64,000 bases of DNA from Cytophagaceae bacterium (GTDB lineage Bacteria; Bacteroidota; Bacteroidia; Cytophagales; Cytophagaceae). Shown here in pieces: positions 36,903-46,803 of the stretch. The stretch covers positions 1 to 64,000 of the forward strand of contig JBKBUF010000027.1 of assembly GCA_046290815.1 (NCBI GenBank), written 5' to 3'. A model generated the notes under the pieces. The model was not told the DNA's origin and ran no database searches. It was given only the letters and a program-made list of their open reading frames with translations. Within the stretch, counting starts at the first letter, position 1. Each line of letters starts with the position of its first letter. The translations under genes and the position numbers were made by a program.

Positions 36903-39900
36903 GATTAATTTTAACCTGGTTAAACTGATTAATTGTATTAAGATAGTTCCGCCTGATCTGCATGGCCTCTGTCAGGCTCTGAATGTATTCCAGATATCCG
37001 CTCTCGCCGGATCTGTACCCCTTTTCTGCAAACTGAATCAAAGAGGCTGACTGTGGCAGGGCTCTGCTGATATAATATTCCCTGCTGCGCTCCAATTTTT
37101 GATATTCTCTTTTCAGACGCTCTGCTTCTGTTTCCAGAAGCAATTTCTGATTTTGAAAATTGTATTGGGCTACCTGCTCATTCAATTCCGATGCTTTAAT
37201 TTTCGCCCTTGCCGGTTTCATCCATAATGGTATACCTATACCTCCGAAAACATAATGAAACCTGTCGCTCCTGCCATAAAACCTTTCAGGCTGTTCAGCA
37301 TGTTGACGATAAAACCCTATCAAGGTATGAGAAGTAACACCAAAATTTATTTCCGGAAAAAATGCGGAGCGGAATAGTTTTGTTTGTAATTTTGCTACCT
37401 CTACCTGCTGCCTTCCGGAAATAAGAATAGGATTTGCCTCAAGATTACCTTGCCCTGAAAATACAGGACTGTACTCAACAGAACTACCTGAACAGATAAC
37501 ATCTTCTGAAATATTCAGCAGCTTACCTAACTGCTTTCTTAAAATGTCAGCATCGGCCTGAGCCTGAAATAAAGCGTTCTGCACTTCCATAAGCCTGCTG
37601 TCGGCAGTGAGTTTTTCCAAATAATTTGATTCTCCGGTACGGTATCTCAGATCTGCACTGCGTGAAAAATTCTTGTAAATACTATCCTGATACCGGAAGA
37701 GTTTAATCATTTCTTCAGCCACCAGACATTGATAAAAGATAATCCTCACTTCACGCTGTAGCTGATTTTTTGAAACCGACAATCGCAACTCAGCACTTTT
37801 GATCAATTGATCAGACAGCTGAACATTTCTGGCATAAGATAAGGGAGATCCGAAATTCTGGCTTATGGAAAATGAATTATCAACTTCAAAACTATTGTAA
37901 TTACCATAGACAAAGCTAAGATTGGTAGTTGGAAGTTCAACAGCAGATCTTCTCAATACTCTATGCCTTTCACTTTCCAGAGACACAGCTCTGATGTTAG
38001 GGTTATTTTCCAGTGCAATGTTTACAGCTTCCTCTACATTAAGAGTTCTTGGTTGCTGTGCATAAGAAATCACCGGTAATAATAATGGCAATAAAAATAC
38101 TCCGGCTTTACCTAATGAAATATTTCCTGTATTTCCTGATCTGTTTTTTTCAGAATAACTATAAAGGACAGGCAATACAAGCAAAGTAAGAATGGTAGAT
38201 GTCACCAGTCCCCCGATAACTACAGTTGCCAATGGCTTTTGCACCTCGGCGCCTGCGCTACCTGAAAGTGCCATAGGAAGAAAACCGAGAGAAGCAACTG
38301 CAGCAGTCATAATGACAGGACGCAACCTTTCTTTTGTTCCTTCAAAAATTCTATCCGTAACATCAGACATGCCATCCTTTTCCAGTTGATTGAAGCAGGA
38401 TATTAATACAATCCCATTAAGTACAGCCACACCAAACAAAGCTATAAAGCCAATTCCGGCAGAAATACTGAAAGGCATATCGCGGAGATAAAGTGCAAAA
38501 ATACCACCTACTGCAGCAAAAGGAATTGCAGTAAAAATCATAATGGTTTGCTTCACTGAACCAAAAGTAAAATAAAGCAACATAAAAATTAATGCCAGCG
38601 CTACCGGAACAGCTACAGCCAAACGGTTTTTTGCTTCCAGCAGATTTTCAAATTGCCCGCCATAAGTTACATAATACCCGGGCTTTAGTTTAAGCTTAGA
38701 ATCCAGCGTTTCTTGTATTTCATTTACCAATGATTCAACATCTCGATTCCTGACATTGATACCTATTGTAATTCTTCTTTTGGCATCTTCTCTGGAAATC
38801 TGCATCGGACCTTTTTCATAATTTATCTCAGCCACCTCTGTTATCGGAATCTGCTGTCCGTTGGCAATTGGAATATAAAGACTTTTTACATCTGAAATAT
38901 TTTCCCGCAAACTTTCTTTTAATCTCACCACCAGCTCAAATCTTTTTTCCCCGTCAAATACCAAACCTGCTACCTCTCCTGCAAAAGCAGTTCTGACAAT
39001 ACTGTTTACATCATTTATATTTAAGCCATACCTGGCAAGATTTTCTCTTTTAAATTTAACCACTATCTGTGGCAGGCCTGTAACTTTCTCTACATATATA
39101 TCACCAACACCTTGTTTTTTACTTATAAGATCAGCGGCTTTTTGAGCCTTGGAAGAAAGCTCATCAAGATCCTCACCGAATATCTTCACTGCTATATCCT
39201 GTCTTACACCAGTCATCAGTTCATTAAAACGCATCTGGATAGGTTGCTGAAATCCGAATTCCACACCAGGTATAACGGAAAGCGCATCATTCATTTTTTC
39301 TGCCAGCTCTTCCCTGCCGGAGGCACTTACCCACTCACTTTTATCTTTTAAGATTACCATGAGATCGCAAGCCTCTATTGGCATAGGATCGGTAGGAATT
39401 TCTGCAGTACCGATCTTACCGATAACCTGTTTTACTTCAGGAAAATTTTTCAATAAAATATCTGCTGCTTTCTGCGATGTCTCAATAGTTTGAGACAAGG
39501 AACTTCCTGAAAGCAATCTTGTCTCTACGGCAAAATCACCTTCTTCAAGCGTCGGAAGAAATTCTCCTCCCAAACCGGAAAAGGTAAATAAAGAAATAAA
39601 AGTAAGAGCTATCGCAGTTCCTACAACAGTTTTCTTATGCTTCAGTGATTTAACCAAAAGTGGATTATAAATTTTTTGACAAAAGTTTATTATCCTATCA
39701 GAAATAGACGTTTGAGTTACATTTCCACCTTTTAATACCAAAGCAGACATCATTGGCACATAAGTAAGAGAAAGAATAAATGCACCCAAAATGGCAAACG
39801 ATACTGTTTGCGCCATAGGAGTAAACATCTTTCCTTCTATACCGGAAAGCGTTAGTATAGGAAGATAAACAATCAATATTATAATTTCCCCGAATGCTGC

Positions 39901-41247
39901 AGACTTTCGGATCTTCACTGCTGCCCCAAGCACTTCTTCGTCCAGTTCCTGCTGGCTTATTTCGGCAGTTCTATTGATTTTACTTATGCGGTGCACTATT
40001 GATTCTACAATTATCACAGCACCATCTACAATAATTCCGAAATCAATTGCTCCAAGGCTCATCAGATTTCCTGAAATTCCAAATACATTCATCATTGCTA
40101 TGGCAAACAACATGGAAAGCGGAATTACCGAAGCGACTACAAGCCCAGCCCGGAAATTACCCAACAGTAATACCAGCACGAAAACAACTATCAATCCGCC
40201 TTCAATAAGATTCTTTGAAACGGTGGTGATGGTTCTGTCTACCAATTCTGATCTGTCAAGGAACGGATCTATGTAAAGTCCTTCCGGTAAAGATTTTTCA
40301 ATCTTATCTATCCTTTCCTTTACATTTTTTATTACCTGACTTGAATTTTCCCCTTTAAGCATCAGCACAAGGCCACCTACCGCTTCCCCTTCATTATTTC
40401 TTGTCATGGCACCATATCTTACTGCTGATCCATATCTGATCTCTGCAACATCCCTTATCAGCAAGGGAACACCATTAACATTTTTTACCACCACAGTTTC
40501 CAGATCGCTTTTGCCTTTCACTAGCCCTACACTCCTGATAAAGTATGCATTTGGTTTTTTGTCAATGTAAGCTCCTCCTGTATTCTGATTATTTTTTTGC
40601 AAGGCTTCAAATAACTCAGGAATTGTTACTCCCATTCCTCTTAATCGTGAAGGGTCTATAGCGATTTCATATTGTCGCAGATTTCCTCCGAAAGAACTGA
40701 CATCAGCTATTCCGGGAGTACCCAGTAATTGACGCTTGACTATCCAATCCTGAATAGTCCTAAGGTCCATAGTACTAAATTTGTTTTCGTAACCTTCCTT
40801 GGCTCTGATGGTATATTGATAAATTTCGCTAAGTCCGGTAGAAATTGGAGCCATTTCAGGGACACCGTAACCGGGAGGTATCTGGGTTTGGGCAGATCTT
40901 ATTCTTTCGCTTACGTGCTGTCTGGCATCAAGAATATTAACATGGTCTTTGAATACTATCGTCACTACAGATAGTCCGAAACGGGAGATGGACCTCACTT
41001 CAACCACATCAGGGATAGTGGCCAGGGCTATCTCAACAGGATAGGTTATATATTTTTCAATCTCCTGCGCTGCTAATGTTGGGGCAGTAGTAATCACCTG
41101 CACCTGATTATTGGTAATATCCGGAACGGCATCTATCGGCAGCTTGCTAAGAGAATAAACTCCCCAAACAACAAGCGCCAGTACCATTATACCGGTTACC
41201 AGTTTATTCCTGATGGAAAATGCAATCAGGTCATCTATCAGTTTCAT
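36877..41247 (-). CDS. czcA: Heavy-metal efflux RND permease (CzcA/CusA, HME family) fused in-frame to a TolC-like outer-membrane factor (CzcC) domain
   Basis: The N-terminal ~1040 aa form a 12-TM RND permease (MKLIDDLIAFSIRNKL.., two large periplasmic loops). A signal-peptide-like segment, GKAGVFLLPLLLPVISYAQQ, follows without a stop codon. The remaining ~400 aa are helical repeat/OMF-like (..NVEEAVNIALENNPNIRAV.. then coiled alpha/beta repeats). Confidence 0.85.
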   Translation of the reverse strand: MKLIDDLIAFSIRNKLVTGIMVLALVVWGVYSLSKLPIDAVPDITNNQVQVITTAPTLAAQEIEKYITYPVEIALATIPDVVEVRSISRFGLSVVTIVFKDHVNILDARQHVSERIRSAQTQIPPGYGVPEMAPISTGLSEIYQYTIRAKEGYENKFSTMDLRTIQDWIVKRQLLGTPGIADVSSFGGNLRQYEIAIDPSRLRGMGVTIPELFEALQKNNQNTGGAYIDKKPNAYFIRSVGLVKGKSDLETVVVKNVNGVPLLIRDVAEIRYGSAVRYGAMTRNNEGEAVGGLVLMLKGENSSQVIKNVKERIDKIEKSLPEGLYIDPFLDRSELVDRTITTVSKNLIEGGLIVVFVLVLLLGNFRAGLVVASVIPLSMLFAIAMMNVFGISGNLMSLGAIDFGIIVDGAVIIVESIVHRISKINRTAEISQQELDEEVLGAAVKIRKSAAFGEIIILIVYLPILTLSGIEGKMFTPMAQTVSFAILGAFILSLTYVPMMSALVLKGGNVTQTSISDRIINFCQKIYNPLLVKSLKHKKTVVGTAIALTFISLFTFSGLGGEFLPTLEEGDFAVETRLLSGSSLSQTIETSQKAADILLKNFPEVKQVIGKIGTAEIPTDPMPIEACDLMVILKDKSEWVSASGREELAEKMNDALSVIPGVEFGFQQPIQMRFNELMTGVRQDIAVKIFGEDLDELSSKAQKAADLISKKQGVGDIYVEKVTGLPQIVVKFKRENLARYGLNINDVNSIVRTAFAGEVAGLVFDGEKRFELVVRLKESLRENISDVKSLYIPIANGQQIPITEVAEINYEKGPMQISREDAKRRITIGINVRNRDVESLVNEIQETLDSKLKLKPGYYVTYGGQFENLLEAKNRLAVAVPVALALIFMLLYFTFGSVKQTIMIFTAIPFAAVGGIFALYLRDMPFSISAGIGFIALFGVAVLNGIVLISCFNQLEKDGMSDVTDRIFEGTKERLRPVIMTAAVASLGFLPMALSGSAGAEVQKPLATVVIGGLVTSTILTLLVLPVLYSYSEKNRSGNTGNISLGKAGVFLLPLLLPVISYAQQPRTLNVEEAVNIALENNPNIRAVSLESERHRVLRRSAVELPTTNLSFVYGNYNSFEVDNSFSISQNFGSPLSYARNVQLSDQLIKSAELRLSVSKNQLQREVRIIFYQCLVAEEMIKLFRYQDSIYKNFSRSADLRYRTGESNYLEKLTADSRLMEVQNALFQAQADADILRKQLGKLLNISEDVICSGSSVEYSPVFSGQGNLEANPILISGRQQVEVAKLQTKLFRSAFFPEINFGVTSHTLIGFYRQHAEQPERFYGRSDRFHYVFGGIGIPLWMKPARAKIKASELNEQVAQYNFQNQKLLLETEAERLKREYQKLERSREYYISRALPQSASLIQFAEKGYRSGESGYLEYIQSLTEAMQIRRNYLNTINQFNQVKINLDYLLGGN

Positions 41248-41264
41248 CTGCAGCGACTGTTTTA

Positions 41265-41801
41265 TTAATGATTATGTTCTTCGTTATCGTGATGATGATC
41301 ATGACCATTGTGTTCATGATCATGATCTGATTCATTGGCATGGGAACTGGTTTTATTTGGCACCCCTTCGATTTCAGAATGTCTGATAAGTCCGCCGGTA
41401 TAAGAAAGGCCAGACATCCACATAAAAGTCAGCAATGATCCTGCAATGATCAGCATATTGATAGCCGTCTTTAATTTTCCCTCTGCATTAAACTTAAGTA
41501 GTCCAATCAAAGCAAGGCAAGCAACACCAAGTGAAAAAATCATTCCCAATTTCCCCATTTCCTCATGTTCTTCCAGCATAGATTCATTTACGCCGGGCAA
41601 ATGTTCTACAACATGCTCAGCTTCGTCACCGGTCAGATAGACAGGAATTGCTACAATTCCGACAACAATAAATGTGATTAATCCGGCTCTTCTTAATCCT
41701 GTACTGCGCCAGATAAGACCGGATACATAGATAAAAAAGCCAAATAACATTCCAAGCAATGGAACGTGGTTAAGCATCAAATGCCAATGAGTTGAGTTCA
41801 T
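41265..41801 (-). CDS. Small 4-TM membrane protein with a histidine-rich C-terminal tail (putative metal-binding)
   Basis: The C-terminus is SSHANESDHDHEHNGHDHHHDNEEHNH. The gene is located immediately upstream of the czc operon start. Confidence 0.55.
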   Translation of the reverse strand: MNSTHWHLMLNHVPLLGMLFGFFIYVSGLIWRSTGLRRAGLITFIVVGIVAIPVYLTGDEAEHVVEHLPGVNESMLEEHEEMGKLGMIFSLGVACLALIGLLKFNAEGKLKTAINMLIIAGSLLTFMWMSGLSYTGGLIRHSEIEGVPNKTSSHANESDHDHEHNGHDHHHDNEEHNH

Positions 41802-41944
41802 GGAAATAAAATTTAATTAAGGTTTACAATGAAAATACAAGTATAGGAATCAAAGCTGATATCTTATAATCGGACATAATTTGTCTGACCAAACGAAGGA
41901 CTGCTATTTAAGACCTCGGAAAATAAAGATAGATATCAGTATGA

Positions 41945-42319
41945 TTATGCCTTTGGAGGCTGCCAGAAGGAATGTACAAATCCGGAATAAGACGAAGATT
42001 CGTTTTGGTTAAAAGCCTCGTTGCGGACAGGTGATGGTACATATTCAAGCTTAATTTCAAAAAATGAAACAAGCAACGGACTTACAGTATGAAAATGACT
42101 AAAATAAGGAAGTTCACTATGGTTTTCTTTTGAAGAATGCTCAGAATCCAGGTAGTGCATCACCAAAAATTCTACAAAGCCAAGTTGTTCGTTTTCCTGA
42201 ATGTGGCTTTGGTAGTGGCGGCACAATTCAGGAATTTTGGATAATTCACAAGTATCATTCATCGGCAACAAACTGCTGCCAAGGAAAAACATACCTAAAA
42301 TGAATGAAATAAGTCTCAT
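41945..42319 (-). CDS. Small secreted His/Glu-rich protein, 124 aa, hypothetical
   Basis: It has a signal peptide and multiple H/E clusters (HYQSHIQENEQ, HYLDSEHSSKENHSE, FSHFH). Confidence 0.4.
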   Translation of the reverse strand: MRLISFILGMFFLGSSLLPMNDTCELSKIPELCRHYQSHIQENEQLGFVEFLVMHYLDSEHSSKENHSELPYFSHFHTVSPLLVSFFEIKLEYVPSPVRNEAFNQNESSSYSGFVHSFWQPPKA

Positions 42320-42416
42320 GTAACCTTATCCTTGATGTCTTAAACGAATAAATGGATAATATTCGTTTCCAAATTATCCATTTATTTGAATTAAGGAAAG
42401 GTTTTTTCACTGTAAA

Positions 42417-42872
42417 TCATTCATCCTCATACTTTCCGGTAAATTCTGACAGGCGGATTCTGTAAATAATCGTGTTTTCAGAGTGAGCGCCGGTTTTTGA
42501 AATATCATTAAGAAACTGAACATGAGGATGTTTGTCATCATTCACCAGTTCTTTAACCCTTGTAACCAGAGTATGAACCGCATTTCTGGCATCAGAACCT
42601 TTGAGTTCTTCATACACGCCCCATGCAAGTACACTTTTCCAGTCAGAAAAGTCCCTGATATTGTCTACCTGGAAGCAAACTTCAGGATTATTACGCATTA
42701 TATCAATTTTTGTCCCCTTACAACTATGGCCAAGGATACTCAGACTTTCCTTATCATAGCAGTATGTTACGGGAAGAATGAACATACGATCCTTGTCACT
42801 GAATCCAATTCTACCTATGTATTCAGAACTAAGCACTTCTTCAATATCCGGAGTTGTCAATGTTTTTATCAT
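42417..42872 (-). CDS. Pyridoxamine 5'-phosphate oxidase-like FMN-binding split-barrel protein
   Basis: The protein is 151 aa and carries the pattern ..EYIGRIGF..FILPVTYCYDKESLSILGHSC.GTKIDIMRNNPEVCFQVD... typical of the PNPOx-like (Pyridox_ox_2) family. Confidence 0.55.
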   Translation of the reverse strand: MIKTLTTPDIEEVLSSEYIGRIGFSDKDRMFILPVTYCYDKESLSILGHSCKGTKIDIMRNNPEVCFQVDNIRDFSDWKSVLAWGVYEELKGSDARNAVHTLVTRVKELVNDDKHPHVQFLNDISKTGAHSENTIIYRIRLSEFTGKYEDE

Positions 42873-42884
42873 CTCTGTTAAAAT

Positions 42885-43775
42885 TTATTGGTCCAAATCA
42901 TTATCATGAAATACCAGTAAGGGAAGTTTCAGGCTCGAAGAAATTTTTCTAACTACACTTTTATGATACATACTTTCCATTAAAAAACTTCTTCGTTTAT
43001 TCATTACCAGCAGATCCGCTTTATGTTCTTCGATAAAATAATTAATTGTTTTCTCCACATCAGAACCAGCAACTGAATAAAACTTCAGATCAGAATCAGG
43101 AATAGCAGACAAAACAGAATCTTTAAATCTCAAGGAAGAATACTTTATACCATCGGTGTTGTCATCTACATGTATGAGAGAAATTTCAGGCGAATAAGGT
43201 TTAGTAAATGAAATCAGCGCCTTCAAATACTGTAAATCTTCCGGCAGAAAATTAGCTGCATATACTATCCTTTTGAAACTTGCGCTTTGAATTTTTCCCG
43301 GAACAAGCAAAACGGGACATTGTGCATTTTCCAACACCTCCCATGTAATGTCACCGAAAAAATATTTATCCCGGGAGAATCCTGTTCCTGTCGGAATTAT
43401 TATCAGATCGATATTGTACTTTTTAACTGCATTGACAATTTCTTTTGCCGGCTCTCCTTCCTCTATCTGAAAATTAAATTCCAGATCAGGTCTGAGCCTG
43501 TAAAGACTTTTGGAATATAGTTCCAGCCGATTTTTCAGGTTAACCTTGCTGCTTTCCCTCTCCCTACGGGAGATTCCATAAATAGGGGTTATAATACTTA
43601 AAACCGGAGGGGTGTATACATTCATCAGAATTATACGGGCATTATATCCGGAAAGAAAGGCAGAAGTATAAACCAAAGCATTTTCACATTTTTCAGTGAA
43701 ATTGACAGGCACCAGAATGTTCAAACGATTTTCCATAGCTAAAAGCCCTGATATAATGCAAGGTCTAACCTTCAA
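42885..43775 (-). CDS. Tandem universal stress protein (two UspA domains)
   Basis: Two ~140-aa alpha/beta halves each show Usp-like ILVPV../..LLV.. patterns and C-terminal G-x2-G-x9-G(S/T)-like segments. Confidence 0.65.
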   Translation of the reverse strand: MKVRPCIISGLLAMENRLNILVPVNFTEKCENALVYTSAFLSGYNARIILMNVYTPPVLSIITPIYGISRRERESSKVNLKNRLELYSKSLYRLRPDLEFNFQIEEGEPAKEIVNAVKKYNIDLIIIPTGTGFSRDKYFFGDITWEVLENAQCPVLLVPGKIQSASFKRIVYAANFLPEDLQYLKALISFTKPYSPEISLIHVDDNTDGIKYSSLRFKDSVLSAIPDSDLKFYSVAGSDVEKTINYFIEEHKADLLVMNKRRSFLMESMYHKSVVRKISSSLKLPLLVFHDNDLDQ

Positions 43776-43856
43776 CCATATAATTTGTTAATCATAACAC
43801 ACTAATTTTTAAACCTCTTAGGGAGAATGGAGTTTTATTGTTTGTAACCAGAAGTT

Positions 43857-44699
43857 TTGATGCAGGGAAAATCCTTCCTATATATCTCCATTTTCTTACT
43901 TGCTACAATTACCCGTAGCTACTGCTGTGATGATACTTTAACCAACAAAAAATCCATCAAGCGTATATATTTTCCTGTTCTTACCTTTCACCTGGGTGCT
44001 TCTGTATTGAATACAGACGGAGACATAAGGCTAAACAGCCCGAACCAACGAGGTACGGACCTTGACTATACAAAAGACCTTGGCTTTACGGGATTTGCCT
44101 ATATGCCCAGGGTAAATATTACAGTCCGCTTTAAGCGAAACCAGCTTTCATTTCTTGATTTCATCGGATTCAACAGAATTGCTGATACCGAGACCAGGAG
44201 GCCTTTCCGATTCGGATTTAAGGAATTTCCGGAAGGAACGGCCATCAGCTCACGCATGCATATTTACTCTGCCAATATTGCTTACAGACATACCATTATC
44301 AGTAACAGATTTGGAGACGTTGGAATCTTAGGAGGCTTCACAGGATCACACATTTATACTCTTATAACTTTACAAACAGATAAATCAGTAGGAGAAAGTG
44401 CCAAAATAATGTATGCATCTCCTCTTATAGGATTTGAGGCATTCTTTTTTCCCTCACAAAAGATTTTTATCCGTTGTGTTGCGCACTATTTCAACTCTCC
44501 ATTAACCGGATTCAATTTTGAATCACTATCATTTAAGCCAACGATCGAATATTTTTTTACAGAAAATATAGGTGCCGGATTCAGATACCACTATTTCAAT
44601 ACCATTGTCAATGACATGTACAAGGAAAGGTTTGACGGGCGGTTTGCATACCACTTTCACTCCTGGTCATTATTTGTATGCTATCGGGTATTTCGATAA
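43857..44699 (+). CDS. Hypothetical secreted/outer-membrane protein, 280 aa
   Basis: It has a signal peptide (ISIFLLATITRSYC) and a beta-rich composition with an aromatic C-terminus. Confidence 0.5.
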   Translation: MMQGKSFLYISIFLLATITRSYCCDDTLTNKKSIKRIYFPVLTFHLGASVLNTDGDIRLNSPNQRGTDLDYTKDLGFTGFAYMPRVNITVRFKRNQLSFLDFIGFNRIADTETRRPFRFGFKEFPEGTAISSRMHIYSANIAYRHTIISNRFGDVGILGGFTGSHIYTLITLQTDKSVGESAKIMYASPLIGFEAFFFPSQKIFIRCVAHYFNSPLTGFNFESLSFKPTIEYFFTENIGAGFRYHYFNTIVNDMYKERFDGRFAYHFHSWSLFVCYRVFR

Positions 44700-45811
44700 A
44701 GTTGAATGGATATTTAATTAAACTCAAAAATCTGAATTATTTAAAAATGGGAGAGAGTTTTATTTCAAAAAAGATAACTAAAATATTGATCCATCTGCTC
44801 GGATGGTTATGCTTTTTGTTTTATCCGTTCTTTTTAGGACTTCCTTTCAGAGAAGATCTTTTATCAAAATTTTTCTTGCATACCATTTTACTTGCAGGCT
44901 TCTTTTACCTCAACAGTCATGTATTAGTGCCGAAGTTTCTTACTACCAGAAAATTCAGCTACTACCTGGCATTTACAATTTTTATCATTTCTGTAATTGT
45001 TTTTATAAACTACTATTTCAAAGGGATTCTTGAGATGGACAGCAAGGATTTTCCTTTAAAAGAAATAAATAAAAACTTTTCTTATATGAGTGATGATGCG
45101 AAGATAGTTTCCCGATCCGTAATTTCTTCTTTGTTTATTCTTGCCGTAAGTATTAGTTATAGCTTATTATCGGAATATTTCAAAAATGAGAGAAGGAAGA
45201 AGGAAATAGAAAACCAGCACTTGAGTTCTGAACTTTCCTTTTTGAAGTCCCAGGTAAGTCCTCACTTTCTTTTTAACACCCTAAACAATATATACTCCCT
45301 TACATTAAATAATTCTGAAGCATCAGGGGCCATACTGAAACTATCGGAACTTTTACGATATATGCTTTATGAGTCGGATGAAAAGGAAGTTAGCCTTGCA
45401 AAAGAAGTAAAGTATCTCCAAAACTACATAGAGTTACAAAAGATGAGAATCAAGAAAGAGGTTAATATACATTTAAATATCAGTGGAGATATAGAAAAAG
45501 AAAATATTGCCCCCATGCTGTTGATCCCATTTATTGAAAATGCCTTTAAACATGGTGTACTTTCTTCGGACAAAACTTATATCAGTACCGAAATAAAACT
45601 GGAAGGGAAAATCTTATTAGTATACATAGAAAATAATTGCACCGAAAACACTCAAAAGGATTATGCTTCAGGTATTGGACTTACAAATGTTAAGCGAAGG
45701 CTGGAATTATTATACCCTGAAAAACACTGGTTGAAGGTCGAAAGGTCAGAATCAAAATTTATCGTAAAACTGAAAATAAATCTTGGCAATGATGAGATGC
45801 ATAGCAATTGA
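44678..45811 (+). CDS. LytS/YehU-type sensor histidine kinase (His_kinase family); the start is possibly the internal MGESF..
   Basis: A multi-TM N-terminus is followed by ..HFLFNTLNNIYSL.. (H-box of LytS-type kinases) and an HATPase region GIGLTNVKRRLELLY. Confidence 0.75.
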   Translation: MLSGISIKLNGYLIKLKNLNYLKMGESFISKKITKILIHLLGWLCFLFYPFFLGLPFREDLLSKFFLHTILLAGFFYLNSHVLVPKFLTTRKFSYYLAFTIFIISVIVFINYYFKGILEMDSKDFPLKEINKNFSYMSDDAKIVSRSVISSLFILAVSISYSLLSEYFKNERRKKEIENQHLSSELSFLKSQVSPHFLFNTLNNIYSLTLNNSEASGAILKLSELLRYMLYESDEKEVSLAKEVKYLQNYIELQKMRIKKEVNIHLNISGDIEKENIAPMLLIPFIENAFKHGVLSSDKTYISTEIKLEGKILLVYIENNCTENTQKDYASGIGLTNVKRRLELLYPEKHWLKVERSESKFIVKLKINLGNDEMHSN

Positions 45812-46484
45812 CGACGAGCCATTAGCATTGGATGTCATTAAAAACTACATGGAGAAAATTCCTTTTGCAGAATTGTCGGGAATATTTGGCAGTGCACCGG
45901 ATGCAGCAGCATATATTTCAGCCGAAGAGCCCGACCTCATCTTTCTGGATATTCAAATGCCGGAAATTTCAGGGATCCAATTTTTGAAAAGTTTGGCAAA
46001 TCCTCCAATAGTTATTTTCACTACTGCTTATGAAAAATTTGCTTTGGAAGGATTTGAACTCAATGTGACGGATTATTTATTGAAGCCCTTTTCATTTGAA
46101 AGATTTTTTAAAGCTGTTTCTAAAGCTCACGAAATTTACTCACTTAAAAAAAGTTCCATTCCAGATGATGAAAAAGATTACTTTTTTGTAAAAAGCGATT
46201 ACCAGCAGCTTAAAATAAATTTCAGAGATATTATCTACGTAGAAGGCCTCAAAGATTACGTCAAAATCTTTACCGGTCCCAAACCGATACTAGCCCATTC
46301 AAATCTGAAAGGCATGGAAAGCAAATTACCTGCATCGAAATTTTTAAGAGTTCACAAATCTTATATAATATCAATTGAAAAAATAGAGGCCGTTCAGAAA
46401 TCAATGATCAGAGTGAGTGGCGTGGAAATACCGGTAGGTGAAATGTATAAAGCAGTCGTTGAGGACTTACTAAAACAAAAGTAA
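45783..46484 (+). CDS. LytTR-family response regulator (REC + LytTR DNA-binding domain)
   Basis: The REC motifs are RCIAIDDE..D, FLDIQMP and K. The C-terminal LytTR pattern is ..FFVKSDYQQLKINFRDIIYVEGLKDYVKIFT... The gene overlaps the kinase gene. Confidence 0.85.
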   Translation: MAMMRCIAIDDEPLALDVIKNYMEKIPFAELSGIFGSAPDAAAYISAEEPDLIFLDIQMPEISGIQFLKSLANPPIVIFTTAYEKFALEGFELNVTDYLLKPFSFERFFKAVSKAHEIYSLKKSSIPDDEKDYFFVKSDYQQLKINFRDIIYVEGLKDYVKIFTGPKPILAHSNLKGMESKLPASKFLRVHKSYIISIEKIEAVQKSMIRVSGVEIPVGEMYKAVVEDLLKQK

Positions 46485-46803
46485 CTAATTCTCACTTTCA
46501 CGACCAAAACTTTGCCTCAAGGTTAAGGATAGACCTTGAATAATACCTACAAATTATCCCCTACGTCTTTACTTTTTGCCTGTTGGTATAAGCTTTTTAT
46601 TTTCATAAAATTATACAAGCTGTTTTGTGGTTAAGCTTATAATTAAACAGAAAATCAAAACACAAGACAAACAATTTCATTTTTTCATCGACATTTTTTT
46701 TGGGAATACAGTGAGGCAGGCGGTGTGCGCCTGCCTATTTTTTGACTGGGATTTCAAGTTTAATTTGATTGACAGGATTGACAAAATGAATTTCGGCAAG
46801 ATG

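Noticed and set aside
36840-36905. Possible frameshift or 2-nt discrepancy at the czcB / czcAC junction
   Set aside because: My hand-translation of the displayed nucleotides near 36840 did not reproduce the ORF-track protein sequences unless 2 nt were removed. I cannot verify my own reading of the raw sequence at single-base resolution, so the ORF track is taken as authoritative and no pseudogene is called.
36676-37050. A 124-aa + strand ORF spanning the czcB/czcAC junction
   Set aside because: It is entirely antisense to two well-supported efflux genes. It is TTG-initiated in the track and has no recognisable features.
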